Assembly: GCA_040880105.1 (NCBI GenBank)
Contig: JBBDJA010000001.1
Span: forward strand, 130,390 to 194,389
DNA: 64,000 bases
Direction: 5' to 3'
Origin: Waddliaceae bacterium
GTDB lineage: Bacteria > Chlamydiota > Chlamydiia > Chlamydiales > SLOH01
A model generated the notes under the pieces. The model had not been told where the DNA came from and searched no databases. It saw nothing but the letters and a program-made list of their open reading frames with translations. Numbering within the stretch: position 1 is the stretch's first letter; the number at the start of each line of letters is the position of its first letter. A program made the position numbers and the translations under genes. Below, one piece after another: positions 47,383 through 58,067 of this stretch.

Positions 47383-47743
47383 TTTCTCTTTGCCTCTTCT
47401 CTTGTGAAATTTCTCCTAGGATCTCTTCAATTCTAAGGCGTTTCTCAAGAGTTTCATCGAGAATAAAAGTAAGAGCGGGAAAGAAACGCATCACAACTTT
47501 TTTTGATGCTGTGACGCCAATAAATCCAGCAGCTTCGTTCAAAATTTCAACGGCTTGCTGCTTTGCCTTTGGATCACCTAGAACTGTGATATACACCTTT
47601 GCGTAGTGTAAATCTTCTGTAATCGAAACCTCGGTGACGGTAATTAAAGAGGGGAGTTTCGGGTTTGAAACATCTCTTTCGATTACCTCTGAAATCACTT
47701 CTCTAAGCAAAGAGTTAAGTCTTGGAACGCGTCTATTTGTCAT
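47375..47743 (-). CDS. rbfA: Ribosome-binding factor A
   Basis: RVPRLNSLLREVISEVI and VTEVSITEDLHYAKVY. ATG 47743 lies 4 nt after the infB stop. The track ORF extends to 47779. Confidence 0.85.
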   Translation of the reverse strand: MTNRRVPRLNSLLREVISEVIERDVSNPKLPSLITVTEVSITEDLHYAKVYITVLGDPKAKQQAVEILNEAAGFIGVTASKKVVMRFFPALTFILDETLEKRLRIEEILGEISQEKRQREND

Positions 47744-47747
47744 AATA

Positions 47748-50192
47748 TTACAATTCTTGTGAAATATAGGTAACTTCAAAGGCTTCTAAAATATCGCCTT
47801 CTTGCACATCATTATAGCCTGAAAGAACAATCCCGCACTCCATTCCTTTCTGAACCTCTCTTACATCCTCTCGGTCTCTCTTAAGAGAGCTGATCGGGCC
47901 AGTCCAGACTTGATTATCACCTCTAAACAATCGAAGCTGATTATTTCGGTGAATCGCACCTTCAAGTACTTGACATCCTGCAATATTTCCGTATTGTGAG
48001 GACTTGAAGACAGCTTTTACTTTGGCTTTTCCTTTTTCAACATTCTTTGCCACCTGGTCAAGCAAAGTTCCCATGATATTTCTGACACCATCTACAGCAT
48101 GGTAAATAATATCAAATAGATGAATTTGAACGCCGTATTGATTTAATAAGTTATTAGCGTGGCTTTCTACTTTTGTGTGGAATCCGATAATTAATGCATT
48201 AGATGCTGCAGCTAATTGGATATCAGATTCTGTAATTTCGCCGACGCCGGTGAATATAACCTCAACAGACACTTTGTCAGATTCGATTTTTAAGAGTGAA
48301 GCTTTTAATGCTTCTAGAGATCCTTGCACATCGGCTCGGATTAAAAGTTTAAGATACTTTTTCTCATCTTCGGCAGCTTGCTGGAATAATGACTCAAGTG
48401 ACCCTTTGCGTTTCTGTTGAAGTTGCAGTTGTCTTGACTCCTTAAGTCTAGCATCGGCAATATTTTTTGCCTCTTTTTCACTTTCGACAACAATAAACTC
48501 TTCTCCTGCTTCCGGAACGCCGGATAAACCGGTAATTTCAACAGGCGAGGAGGGGATTGCATCCTCTACATTTTTACCATACTCATCGCGCATTGTCTTA
48601 ACACGCGCATAATGCTCTCCAAAAACAAGCGCATCACCCACTTTGAGCGTTCCATTTTGTACAATGACTGTAGCGACAGGTCCGAATCCTTTATGAAGTT
48701 CAGACTCTAACACAGTTCCTCTTGCGCGCATATCGGGGTCAGCTCTAAGCTCTAGAACCTCAGCCTGGAGCGCAATCATTTCAAGTAGCTCTTTAACACC
48801 TTCACCTGTAACAGCTGAACAATTCACCGTAATGATCTGTCCACCCCAAGATTCGGGAAGAAGGTTATTGTCTGCTAGTTGGCGATAGACATTGTCAGGA
48901 TTAAATCCGGGTTTATCACTTTTGTTAATTGCGACAATAATATTAACCCCGGCAGCTTTTGCGTGCTGGATCGCCTCTTGAGTTTGTGCTTTGATACCCT
49001 CATCACCTGCAACCACAAGAATGACGATGTCGGTTACATCAGCACCTCTTGCTCTCATAGCTGAAAATGCTTCGTGGCCCGGAGTATCCAATACAGACAG
49101 GTCGCCTAAGTCGGTATGACAGCGAAAAGCACCGATATGCTGGGTAATGGCACCTGCTTCGTGATCTGCAATATTACTTTTGCGAATATAATCGATTAAG
49201 CTTGTTTTACCGTGGTCGACGTGACCCATAAAGGCGACAACAGGGGCTCTAAGTTTTTGGTTTTCCTTGGGTGCAGATAAAATTTCTTCGTCTACACTTT
49301 GGCCTGTAATTTGTCTTTTGTCCTCTTCTGAAGTATCGATTGAGATTTCACAACCAAATTCATGACCCAGCATATGAATGGTTGTTTCATCATCAAGAAC
49401 ATCATTGATTGTTACAACAATACCTTGCATAAAGAGCTTCTGGATGAGTTCTGCAGCTTTCAGCTTCATCTGCCTCGCAAGCTCTTTAATAGAAATTGGT
49501 GTATGTACTTTAAGCTCTTTAGGACGAATCGTTAGTTCTTCATCGATATAATCGTCTCTCTTACTTTTTCGCTTCTTTTTCCATGCGCCTTCCTCACCTG
49601 CACGCAAACCTCTTCTATCTCTTGCGTCAAAGCTTCGATCCTTACTTGGTTTGCGACCGGGTTTTACATCTCTATACTCTTTGAACTTAGGTTTAGCGAG
49701 GGGCTTTTTTGGCTTAGGTTCACTGATTGAGCGCTCAATGTCTTTTGCAACAGTCGGCTTCATCTCTTCAGGTTTTTTTTCCTTCTTCTTAGGATAGAGA
49801 TCATCAAAGTGCTTTCCGGTAGGCCCAAGCTTTACAGGTTTTTCTTCTTCTTCCTGTGCGATGGCTGCAATCTTCTCTTCCTTTTCGATATGAGGAGGCT
49901 TTTTGGTCTGGACTGTATTAGACGTCTGGTTTTGATTTATAACATTTTTGTCAAAAACTGATTTAGACCGGGCGCGGCGGGGTTGTTCTAGGATCTCTTC
50001 TTCTTGATTTTCAACAGACTCTTCAGCTACTTGCTTAGTAGCTTCACTCTTTTTAGGAGCTGCTGGCTTTTTCTTAACCGCTGCCTCATCGGCCTTTTTC
50101 ATTTCCAGTTTCTTTTTAATCGCATCAAGCTTAATTGCATCGGCAATCTGTGTATTTTTAAGATTGAGCTTTATTTCCTTTTTCTTTGACAA
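47748..50192 (-). CDS. infB: Translation initiation factor IF-2
   Basis: [18 protein letters not shown] and NKSD GTPase motifs, with a Lys/Glu-rich N-terminal region. Confidence 0.95.
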   Translation of the reverse strand: MSKKKEIKLNLKNTQIADAIKLDAIKKKLEMKKADEAAVKKKPAAPKKSEATKQVAEESVENQEEEILEQPRRARSKSVFDKNVINQNQTSNTVQTKKPPHIEKEEKIAAIAQEEEEKPVKLGPTGKHFDDLYPKKKEKKPEEMKPTVAKDIERSISEPKPKKPLAKPKFKEYRDVKPGRKPSKDRSFDARDRRGLRAGEEGAWKKKRKSKRDDYIDEELTIRPKELKVHTPISIKELARQMKLKAAELIQKLFMQGIVVTINDVLDDETTIHMLGHEFGCEISIDTSEEDKRQITGQSVDEEILSAPKENQKLRAPVVAFMGHVDHGKTSLIDYIRKSNIADHEAGAITQHIGAFRCHTDLGDLSVLDTPGHEAFSAMRARGADVTDIVILVVAGDEGIKAQTQEAIQHAKAAGVNIIVAINKSDKPGFNPDNVYRQLADNNLLPESWGGQIITVNCSAVTGEGVKELLEMIALQAEVLELRADPDMRARGTVLESELHKGFGPVATVIVQNGTLKVGDALVFGEHYARVKTMRDEYGKNVEDAIPSSPVEITGLSGVPEAGEEFIVVESEKEAKNIADARLKESRQLQLQQKRKGSLESLFQQAAEDEKKYLKLLIRADVQGSLEALKASLLKIESDKVSVEVIFTGVGEITESDIQLAAASNALIIGFHTKVESHANNLLNQYGVQIHLFDIIYHAVDGVRNIMGTLLDQVAKNVEKGKAKVKAVFKSSQYGNIAGCQVLEGAIHRNNQLRLFRGDNQVWTGPISSLKRDREDVREVQKGMECGIVLSGYNDVQEGDILEAFEVTYISQEL

Positions 50193-50231
50193 GATGTTCT
50201 TCCTCTCTTATAGCTTGGGAGCCTTACTCTG

Positions 50232-51518
50232 TTAATCGTTTGTTAATTGGATTTGCTTTCTAACTTGGTCAAGCACGTTGTCAGCCATTGCCAATGAAAT
50301 ATTTGCTTTCTTTGAAAGCTCTTCAGAAGTTGTCTGTAATAGAGAACGAAAAGTCTTAAATTCACCATCGAGTAAGTGGTCAACAATCAGTTGATTGACT
50401 CCTTCAATCTTTTCGATAGGCTTATCAAGGATTGGATCCTCTGACTCTGCAAGCTCTTTGCGCTCGACAGCAATTGTTTTTGTATACTCTGTCATTGGTT
50501 TGATCTCAAGTTCATAACCGATCAACTGACTATTAAGTCTAGCATTAAACCCACGTTTACCTATTACTTTCGGATAGTCTTCATCATCGACAACAATAGA
50601 ACATACTTTATCATGTTCGCTGAGACGAACTTTTCGAATTTCAATAGGATCAAGAGCATTTTGCAGAAGCTCGATAGGATCATCGGAATAGGGGATAATA
50701 TCGACCTTCTCATTGTTGAGTTCGGATACAATATTTTTCACTCGTGTTCCTCTTACACCTACACACGCGCCGACTGGGTCGACTTTTGCATCATGGGACC
50801 GTACAGTAAATTTTGTTCGATATCCGGGCTCACGGAAAATGCTTACGATCTCGACTGTTCCTTCGCTGACTTCAGGAACTTCTTGATTGATTAGCTGCCG
50901 AACAAATTCGGGAACAGAGCGACTAAGGACAACCTCAGCTCCGCCAATATCGGTATCTTTCACTTCATATAGCAATGCAAACACACGGTCTCCAATATTA
51001 TACCTCTCAGTCTTCGGGTAGTGTCTCATTGGAAGGATTGCTTCTACTTTTCCCAAATCGATAATGAGGTTTGCACCGCGAGCGAAACGTTTAACTGTCC
51101 CCGAAACAAGCTCATTCACACGATGACGATACTCTTCGTAGATCACATCTCTTTCTGCGCTGCGAATTTTTTGATTGATAATTTGCCGAGCTTTCTGAGC
51201 GGCGATGCGTCCAAAATCAGACGGAGTAACAACTACATCAATAAATTGACCTTCTTCGCACTGAGGATCAATCTCTCTTGCATCTTCTAGGCTAATTTCT
51301 TGAGCAGGGACTTCAACCGCGTTAACGATCTCTTTTTCAGAAAACACATCGATTTTTCCGGTTTTTGGATTAATCGAAACTGTGACGTTAGAGGCACCAT
51401 CAATGCTTTTACGGGCTGCAATTGTCAATGATTCTTCAATTGCATTGATGACAACCTTTCGGCCGATACCTTTTTCTCGTTCCAAATATTCAAAAACAGC
51501 GATTAGATCTTTATTCAT
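50232..51518 (-). CDS. nusA: Transcription termination/antitermination factor NusA
   Basis: N-terminal FEYLEREKGI, an S1 domain and two KH-like domains. Confidence 0.9.
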   Translation of the reverse strand: MNKDLIAVFEYLEREKGIGRKVVINAIEESLTIAARKSIDGASNVTVSINPKTGKIDVFSEKEIVNAVEVPAQEISLEDAREIDPQCEEGQFIDVVVTPSDFGRIAAQKARQIINQKIRSAERDVIYEEYRHRVNELVSGTVKRFARGANLIIDLGKVEAILPMRHYPKTERYNIGDRVFALLYEVKDTDIGGAEVVLSRSVPEFVRQLINQEVPEVSEGTVEIVSIFREPGYRTKFTVRSHDAKVDPVGACVGVRGTRVKNIVSELNNEKVDIIPYSDDPIELLQNALDPIEIRKVRLSEHDKVCSIVVDDEDYPKVIGKRGFNARLNSQLIGYELEIKPMTEYTKTIAVERKELAESEDPILDKPIEKIEGVNQLIVDHLLDGEFKTFRSLLQTTSEELSKKANISLAMADNVLDQVRKQIQLTND

Positions 51519-51693
51519 TTACTTACCTTGTTAGAGGAAGAGTTTATTATTGTATGCTGGAAAATGAAGCGTCTCTTTATTCCAGAGATTAAACTCTTCC
51601 TTTTTTTAAAGGAGAATTTGTTCAATTCAAATTGTTCGGAAGACAAGCTTTCTTCCAGTGGGTTCTTTCGAACCTTATCTTTGCGGTTATCAA

Positions 51694-51733
51694 TAAAAAA
51701 TCCGGGAAGTCGGTTAAAAGACCCGACTTCCCC
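51694..51733 (-). terminator. rpsA intrinsic terminator
   Basis: On the minus strand: GGGAAGTCGG-loop-CCGACTTCCC (10 perfect bp, 51704-51713 / 51723-51732), followed by a T-run (A-run 51694-51700 on plus). It lies 30 nt after the rpsA stop. Confidence 0.7.
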
Positions 51734-51762
51734 ATTTTCTAACGATTAAACGTTATCCTATC

Positions 51763-53469
51763 TTACTCTTCTTCATTTTCAGTTTGTCCGGGAGTAGAGA
51801 CAACAATATCATCTACATCACCATCTTCACTATTGAATGACTTAAGTGACAAAGCGATTTTTTTGTGCTCAGGGTCAATCTTTATCACCTTAGCGACAAC
51901 CTCGCTGCCAACGGAAACAATATCTTCTACTTTTGTGAATGCCTGTCCGGAGAGCTCAGTCACATGGATGAGTCCTTCAACACCATTCTCAAGCTCAACA
52001 AACGCTCCAAATGCTGTTAGCTTTGTGACAATACCCTTTACAACTGTGCCAATTTGAAGATTCTTTTCAATTGACTCCCATGGATTAGGTGTTAACTGCT
52101 TCATTCCCAGAGTGATTTTTTTACTCTCTTTATCCACTGATAAAACGACCGCGTTTAGCTTATCGCCTTTCTCAAGTATTTCCGAAGGGTGCGAGACTTT
52201 TTTGATCCAGCTTAAATCCGATATGTGAATCAGACCTTCAACACCAGGTTCAAGCTCAACAAATGCACCATAATTAGTTAAGCTCTTTACTTCAGCTTCA
52301 ACTTCTTTATCAATTGGGTATTTGTTGTCGACATCATCCCATGGATTATGCTCTGTTTGCTTAAGTCCAAGAGAGATTTTACCTTCTTCTTTTTGAACAG
52401 CAAGAACGATAGCTTCCACTTCATCACCCGGTTTTACAACTTCACTAGGATCTGTAATGTTTTTAACCCAAGACATCTCTGAAACGTGAATTAAACCCTC
52501 GATTCCTGACTCAATTTCAATAAAGGCGCCGTAGGGGAGAAGGTTGACAATCTTTCCGCTTACACGCGTGCCGATCGGATATTTCTTCTCAATTTCTTCC
52601 CAAGGATTTGTCTCTTTCTGTTTCAGACCAAGCGCAACACGTCCCTTTTCTCGATCAATGCTTAGGATCATTACTTCGAGGTCTTCTCCGATCTCTACCA
52701 TTTCAGAAGGGTGTCGTATACGTTTCCATGTCATGTCTGTGATGTGTAATAGTCCGTCAATGCCATCCATATCAAGAAACACACCAAAATCCGTAATGTT
52801 CTTGACAACACCTTGACGCACATCACCAATTTGAATTGTCTCTAAAAGCTCAGCTTTTTTAGAGATACGTTCTGCCTCTAAAATTTCTCTTCTCGAAACA
52901 ACAACATTCTTTCTGTCGATGTTAATTTTCAATATTTTAAAGTCATATGTTCTATTCACATACTCATCAAGATTTTTGATTCGCTTGTTATCCACTTGAG
53001 AACCAGGAAGGAATGCCTCAACACCAATATCAACCATCAAACCGCCCTTCACTTTGCGAATGACTTTACCTTTAACGATTGAACCTTCTTCGCAGTGCTC
53101 AATAATATATTCCCATTTGCGGAGTCTTTCAGCTTTCTCTCTTGAAAGGACAATCTGACCATTTTCATCTTCAGTTGCATCTAGCAAAACTTCAATTTCT
53201 GTATCAAGGGCCAGTTCTGCAGGGTCAGAAAACTCCTCTATCGGTACAAGTCCTTCTGACTTCAATCCTACATCTACCACAACGTGATCTTTCGTGATTT
53301 CAACAATGCGTCCTGTGAGTATTGATCCGGGTGACATACTCTGTCCTTCTTCGGAACCCTCTTCTTGTGCAGTGAGTAGGTCTTTAAATTGAGATGCATC
53401 TTCTGCGTTAAATTGTTCATCGTCAAGGACACAATTTTCGTCCCAACTGTATTCTGTGTTGTTAGCCAT
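51763..53469 (-). CDS. rpsA: 30S ribosomal protein S1
   Basis: Six S1-domain repeats (GxVxxxxxFGAFVxLxxGxEGLxHxS pattern recurs). Confidence 0.95.
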   Translation of the reverse strand: MANNTEYSWDENCVLDDEQFNAEDASQFKDLLTAQEEGSEEGQSMSPGSILTGRIVEITKDHVVVDVGLKSEGLVPIEEFSDPAELALDTEIEVLLDATEDENGQIVLSREKAERLRKWEYIIEHCEEGSIVKGKVIRKVKGGLMVDIGVEAFLPGSQVDNKRIKNLDEYVNRTYDFKILKINIDRKNVVVSRREILEAERISKKAELLETIQIGDVRQGVVKNITDFGVFLDMDGIDGLLHITDMTWKRIRHPSEMVEIGEDLEVMILSIDREKGRVALGLKQKETNPWEEIEKKYPIGTRVSGKIVNLLPYGAFIEIESGIEGLIHVSEMSWVKNITDPSEVVKPGDEVEAIVLAVQKEEGKISLGLKQTEHNPWDDVDNKYPIDKEVEAEVKSLTNYGAFVELEPGVEGLIHISDLSWIKKVSHPSEILEKGDKLNAVVLSVDKESKKITLGMKQLTPNPWESIEKNLQIGTVVKGIVTKLTAFGAFVELENGVEGLIHVTELSGQAFTKVEDIVSVGSEVVAKVIKIDPEHKKIALSLKSFNSEDGDVDDIVVSTPGQTENEEE

Positions 53470-53782
53470 TAATTAGATTTCTCCTCGAACTCAAATCGTT
53501 CAATAATTTAAAAGGATTATAACAACCATTTGAGAATAAATGCAATAGCTAAAGTAAGGAAAAAAGGGCAGGTCTGCCTAATAAATTTTTCAGCTTAATC
53601 GCATATTTCACTTACTCCAAGACTTGAACGTAACCTATTAAACAATGATTACTCTTAAAAAATCCTACGGTTTTTGGACTTTGCAAATTCTGATCTGTTT
53701 AAATTTCAGGGTATTTGATTCTAAACCGGTCAAGCAACCAAATTTTGTTGAAATCACTTGATCGTAATGGTAAAATTCATCC

Positions 53783-54556
53783 ATGGAAACAATCGTTTTA
53801 AAGTTTGGAGGAGCTGCAGTTGCAACTCCTGATCAATTTTCTTCAATATCAGACATAATTATTGAACGAAAATCAAAATTCTCAAATGTAGCTGTCGTAG
53901 TGAGTGCTATGGGCAATACAACTGACGATTTGATTAGCTTAGCAAAACAAGTACATCCAGAGCCTCCTACTCGGGAACTAGATATGTTGATTTCTGTTGG
54001 CGAACGCATCAGTATTTCTTTGCTTGCAATGGCACTAAATAAAAAATCTTGCCAAGCTGTGAGCTTTACCGGAAGCCAATCGGGTATTATCACCTGTAAT
54101 TCACACTCAAATGCAAAAATTGTCGATGTCCGCCCGAGCCGAATTCTAGACGTAATGAAAAATGGTAAGGTAGCGATTGTCGCAGGTTTTCAAGGGATGA
54201 GTCTTGAAAGAGAGATTACAACATTAGGAAGAGGGGGATCTGACACAAGTGCCGTCGCTTTGGGCATTGCGCTCGACTCATCAGCCGTTGAGTTTTTTAA
54301 AGACGTAGATGGAGTGTTTGATTCCGATCCCAAAATTAATCCTCATGCAAGACAGTTTCCCAAATTAACATATGATGAGGCGTTAGTGATTGTCAGAAAT
54401 GGCGCTAGAGTGTTACATGAAAGATCGATATTACTTGCAAAACAATCGGGAATTCCTTTAAGGATTCATTCTTTTTACCAAAATGGGGTGGGAACTGAAA
54501 TTGGTCTCTCTGAACAAAAAGATCAAAATTCTAAATTATATGAACTAAATGTCTGA
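53783..54556 (+). CDS. Aspartate-kinase catalytic-domain protein lacking ACT domains
   Basis: KFGGAAV, SAMGNTTDDL and GRGGSDTSAVALG motifs of the aspartokinase branch of amino-acid kinases. It is only 257 aa and has no ACT region. Confidence 0.65.
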   Translation: METIVLKFGGAAVATPDQFSSISDIIIERKSKFSNVAVVVSAMGNTTDDLISLAKQVHPEPPTRELDMLISVGERISISLLAMALNKKSCQAVSFTGSQSGIITCNSHSNAKIVDVRPSRILDVMKNGKVAIVAGFQGMSLEREITTLGRGGSDTSAVALGIALDSSAVEFFKDVDGVFDSDPKINPHARQFPKLTYDEALVIVRNGARVLHERSILLAKQSGIPLRIHSFYQNGVGTEIGLSEQKDQNSKLYELNV

Positions 54557-56453
54557 TATCTCATCATTCCCTCATATTGAGATGATGGTACACGGTAGCG
54601 AATCTCAATCTCAAATTTCTTCTTACCAAGCATTCGTAGAAGAGACCTTAAGTCGAATGGTTCCGGATGGCAATATTGAGAAAGCAGCTCCTTTTGTCTC
54701 TTGCACGTTATCGGAAAGCTCGACTTTTTGTTCCTTTTTTTTCTTAGCGCGTTACCGCTCGGATTCATTTAAGTTTTTTTTTGACCTAGTCAGCCGATGG
54801 AGTATCCCGGGATCCAGACTAGATGTCATTTTTATTCATGCTTCCGATTTCAGACTAAAAGGTGGGACAGACCAAGTCTACACCATCTGTGAGGTAAAAG
54901 TTCGCTTATCAAATATTCAAGAGTGGGGCCAAATAAAGAGAAATTGGTCAAATCTTAAATCCGAACTTCTTTTAGGAATTGAGTCTTCTTTTTATGCAAG
55001 AAAGATCCAGCAGGTCCGTGGGTTGTCCAACAGTGAAAAAACAGCGGCAATTCAAGAGCATATCACTTACTTACTGAAACGGTACCCAAAGCATTTTACA
55101 AAAAAGCTCTTTTCGGAAATGCATAATCTTTTAATCCTCTGCAGAGATGAATTTAAGTCTTGTCGTTCAATTTCGACGCTTGTACGAATTATCACCTGCA
55201 ATTACTTGTTTGGTAATGAGATCTTAAAGGCCATTCAATCGCACCCAAACAAAAGACATGTCCGGATCAAACTTAATCGTTCGAAATTATTTATGCCGGA
55301 AATGCAAAAAAACGTTCTCTCTGTATTAGTATCCCTTAACTTGCTTGAAAAAAAGGAATTTTTAGAGGAGTCACATCTGATTAAGGCTATTCAAAAGTTT
55401 ATACCAAATTCAGTAGGAGTTCCTGACTCGTTTTTCCAACATCGGCGAATAAACGAAAAAATGTGCCACCTATACCTCGAAATAGAAAAAACTGATGGAT
55501 CCTTTATCACGCCGGATGAACTGTCTTTGTTAAAAGCTGAACTCCCAATTGAGTTAGAGGGCCGCATCGAACATCCGATGTCTCCGGTTTTCATGCCCAG
55601 AAATGAAGAAGAGATTATGCGGAATGTCCTCGAACTTAGTAAGCAAATTAAATATGTTCGAGATATTCCACAGTGCTGGATGACCTTTGAAGAACAGACG
55701 CATAGTCACCTGTTTTTTACGATTATCATTCTTCGCGTATTGAAGAGGGGGACGGCACCAATCGATTCATTAATCCAGCATTCTAATTCAAACTTTGAAC
55801 TTATCTATGAGTGGTCAAGAACAGTGGGCTCCCTACGCAAAAAGTATCCTAAAGAAGCAACCGTCATCAGATTGAAATTACCAAAGGAGAAATTTTTAAG
55901 AGCTAATCACTCGATCAATTTATATCGAGCAAGATTTGAAGCCGTTCTAACGTTGACTCAGGTGATAGGAGAATTTAGAGATTACAATGGCGGAATGATC
56001 TTTAAGCAAAACCAACTGTTATCTCATGTTAGAGAGTTGCTAGACCAAAGTGTCAAATACAACGAACTTTTACTTGAAACATTTTTTTATTCAATTAAAC
56101 CTCCCATCATGCGCTCTGTTCTAGAGCCTGAGGCTTTAAAAACTTTATTCTATATGGTGCAAAATGCTGTTTCAAATCAGCTCCATGAAAAAGAGGCTGT
56201 CTCATATTCTACAGATGTAGATCTTCATTTTGTTTACGCTGTTGTCATTTCTCACCAGAAGGATGTCATTCAGTATATGCGCAAGCTCTTTAAAAAATTA
56301 AAGATCGAATCAACCGAACTTGCGTATTCAACAGTCAATATCTACGGTACGTTTTATACCGGTTATCTCTATCGAACAGATAACCCGGAGAAACAAGAGT
56401 TATTTTGTGATCTTTTGAAGGATGCAATTGAAGAGATCAATCTTTCTCATTAA
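54549..56453 (+). CDS. Hypothetical protein (634 aa)
   Basis: A long ORF that overlaps the kinase stop by 8 nt. I recognise no motif. Confidence 0.55.
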   Translation: MSDISSFPHIEMMVHGSESQSQISSYQAFVEETLSRMVPDGNIEKAAPFVSCTLSESSTFCSFFFLARYRSDSFKFFFDLVSRWSIPGSRLDVIFIHASDFRLKGGTDQVYTICEVKVRLSNIQEWGQIKRNWSNLKSELLLGIESSFYARKIQQVRGLSNSEKTAAIQEHITYLLKRYPKHFTKKLFSEMHNLLILCRDEFKSCRSISTLVRIITCNYLFGNEILKAIQSHPNKRHVRIKLNRSKLFMPEMQKNVLSVLVSLNLLEKKEFLEESHLIKAIQKFIPNSVGVPDSFFQHRRINEKMCHLYLEIEKTDGSFITPDELSLLKAELPIELEGRIEHPMSPVFMPRNEEEIMRNVLELSKQIKYVRDIPQCWMTFEEQTHSHLFFTIIILRVLKRGTAPIDSLIQHSNSNFELIYEWSRTVGSLRKKYPKEATVIRLKLPKEKFLRANHSINLYRARFEAVLTLTQVIGEFRDYNGGMIFKQNQLLSHVRELLDQSVKYNELLLETFFYSIKPPIMRSVLEPEALKTLFYMVQNAVSNQLHEKEAVSYSTDVDLHFVYAVVISHQKDVIQYMRKLFKKLKIESTELAYSTVNIYGTFYTGYLYRTDNPEKQELFCDLLKDAIEEINLSH

Positions 56454-56624
56454 GACCTTATGTGCACCTAAGCAATACCTATGGGCATTAAACTTTAAAC
56501 TGATTCTTGAAAGGTTAATAAAAAATCTATTTTTTTTTAAGATTGATAGTTCACCGGATACCGGTTTAACAAATCTCAATAAAAAGGCTGAAATTTTATC
56601 TGTCAGAGTGATTCAGGTGTTTCC

Positions 56625-57776
56625 CTAGTTAAGGTAGAGAATTACAGTAATAAGAAGGGTAACATATACCGGAATCTTCACCCATTTGACATCATACAGT
56701 TTATAAAGAAGGTTCATTAAACTAAGAACTATAAGTGATGGGTAGACTACAAAAAGTATTGGGGTAAGAAAAGCGTCTAATCCATTAAAACTGAGTGTAG
56801 ACATTAGAAAAGCAACGATCAATGTAAGCAAAAGACAGATCACATAGCTGATTTTTTCATTTAGAATATCCTCATACAAAAACTCAGCAAAAACAACTGT
56901 GAGTGCCATTGCTGTCGTCAAACATGCAAGCGATACGGCAAGGCTTGCAATCGGCCCACCGAAATTTCCTAGCAAAAGATGGGCTAAAAATCCGATCATT
57001 TCATGATTGGGTACGCTCTCAAGCGCTTGACTATGCATCGCTGAAATATAACTAAAACCAATATAGACAACTCCAAGCAACCCTGCACCAATGCAGCTGG
57101 CTTTAAGTGTCATCAAAACTAAATGTTTGATACTTTGGTGTTCCTCTTCTTCTTTTAGACATAAAATCACCATGCCCGAAAAAAAGAAAGCGGCGAGCAA
57201 GTCCATTGTCTTATAACCTTCAATCAATGAGTAACTGAAAATAGAAAAAGGGGAGTCTTCAGCAGGGACGATTTGAGAGGGTGTAAATAGACTTACAATC
57301 AAAATTAAGGAAAGAGAAGCTAGAAGTATGGGAGTTAAAACATACCCTAAAATTTCTAAGATCCGACCTCGTTTGAAGGTGAGTAAAAAAATTGTGACAC
57401 ATGCAATTAGACTAAAAATTGGTAAGGACAACATGGGGAGTAATTGCTTAGATGTTGAAAAAGCGACAGTAATTGTCCGAGGAAGTCCGCCAAAAGGCCC
57501 TATAAGAGTCATGATAAAAAGAGCTGTCAAAAATCCCGGGATTTTACCTATACGCTGAAAGAACGGCATATATTCACCCCTATACAGCGTCATTGAGATC
57601 AATCCTAAAAAGGGGATACCAACGGCAGTAATTAAGAGACCGATGACTGCGAAGTGATTCATATCTTGCGCGTACTGACCGACTCCTAAAGGAAAAACGA
57701 CATTCCCTGCTCCAAAAAACATAGAGAACATGGCAAGCCCGGTCGATAGTGTCGTTGATTTGATTTTTATACTCAT
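56625..57776 (-). CDS. brnQ: Branched-chain amino acid transport system II carrier (LIVCS/BrnQ)
   Basis: N-terminal FSMFFGAGNVVFPLGVG signature and about 12 TM. Start at the internal ATG (MSIKIK...). The ORF is open to 57794. Confidence 0.8.
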   Translation of the reverse strand: MSIKIKSTTLSTGLAMFSMFFGAGNVVFPLGVGQYAQDMNHFAVIGLLITAVGIPFLGLISMTLYRGEYMPFFQRIGKIPGFLTALFIMTLIGPFGGLPRTITVAFSTSKQLLPMLSLPIFSLIACVTIFLLTFKRGRILEILGYVLTPILLASLSLILIVSLFTPSQIVPAEDSPFSIFSYSLIEGYKTMDLLAAFFFSGMVILCLKEEEEHQSIKHLVLMTLKASCIGAGLLGVVYIGFSYISAMHSQALESVPNHEMIGFLAHLLLGNFGGPIASLAVSLACLTTAMALTVVFAEFLYEDILNEKISYVICLLLTLIVAFLMSTLSFNGLDAFLTPILFVVYPSLIVLSLMNLLYKLYDVKWVKIPVYVTLLITVILYLN

Positions 57777-58067
57777 AGGTAAAGAACAATACATGAATCA
57801 TTTTTTGTTTTGCAATAAAAAGGTCTCAAAAAATTTACGTTTAATAATTGTTTTTACATGAATGGGCAAGTACATTGCACTGAGTTGAAAATGGAAAGCG
57901 AGGCTTAACATTTTGTACTTCAATTTATTGATTTTGAATAGAATGACTGCATGAACTCCAGAGGAACTGGATCTCTTCAGCTACCTTTTTCCTTTTTTTT
58001 TAAGTGGGTGTCAACTAATATTGTTATATTTTTAAAATGCTAAACTTTGGAATTGAAGATATTACTT

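Noticed and set aside
51528-51749. 73-aa plus-strand ORF in the nusA-rpsA spacer
   Set aside because: It spans the rpsA terminator and the nusA-leader hairpin. The sequence is better explained as structured non-coding RNA or DNA.
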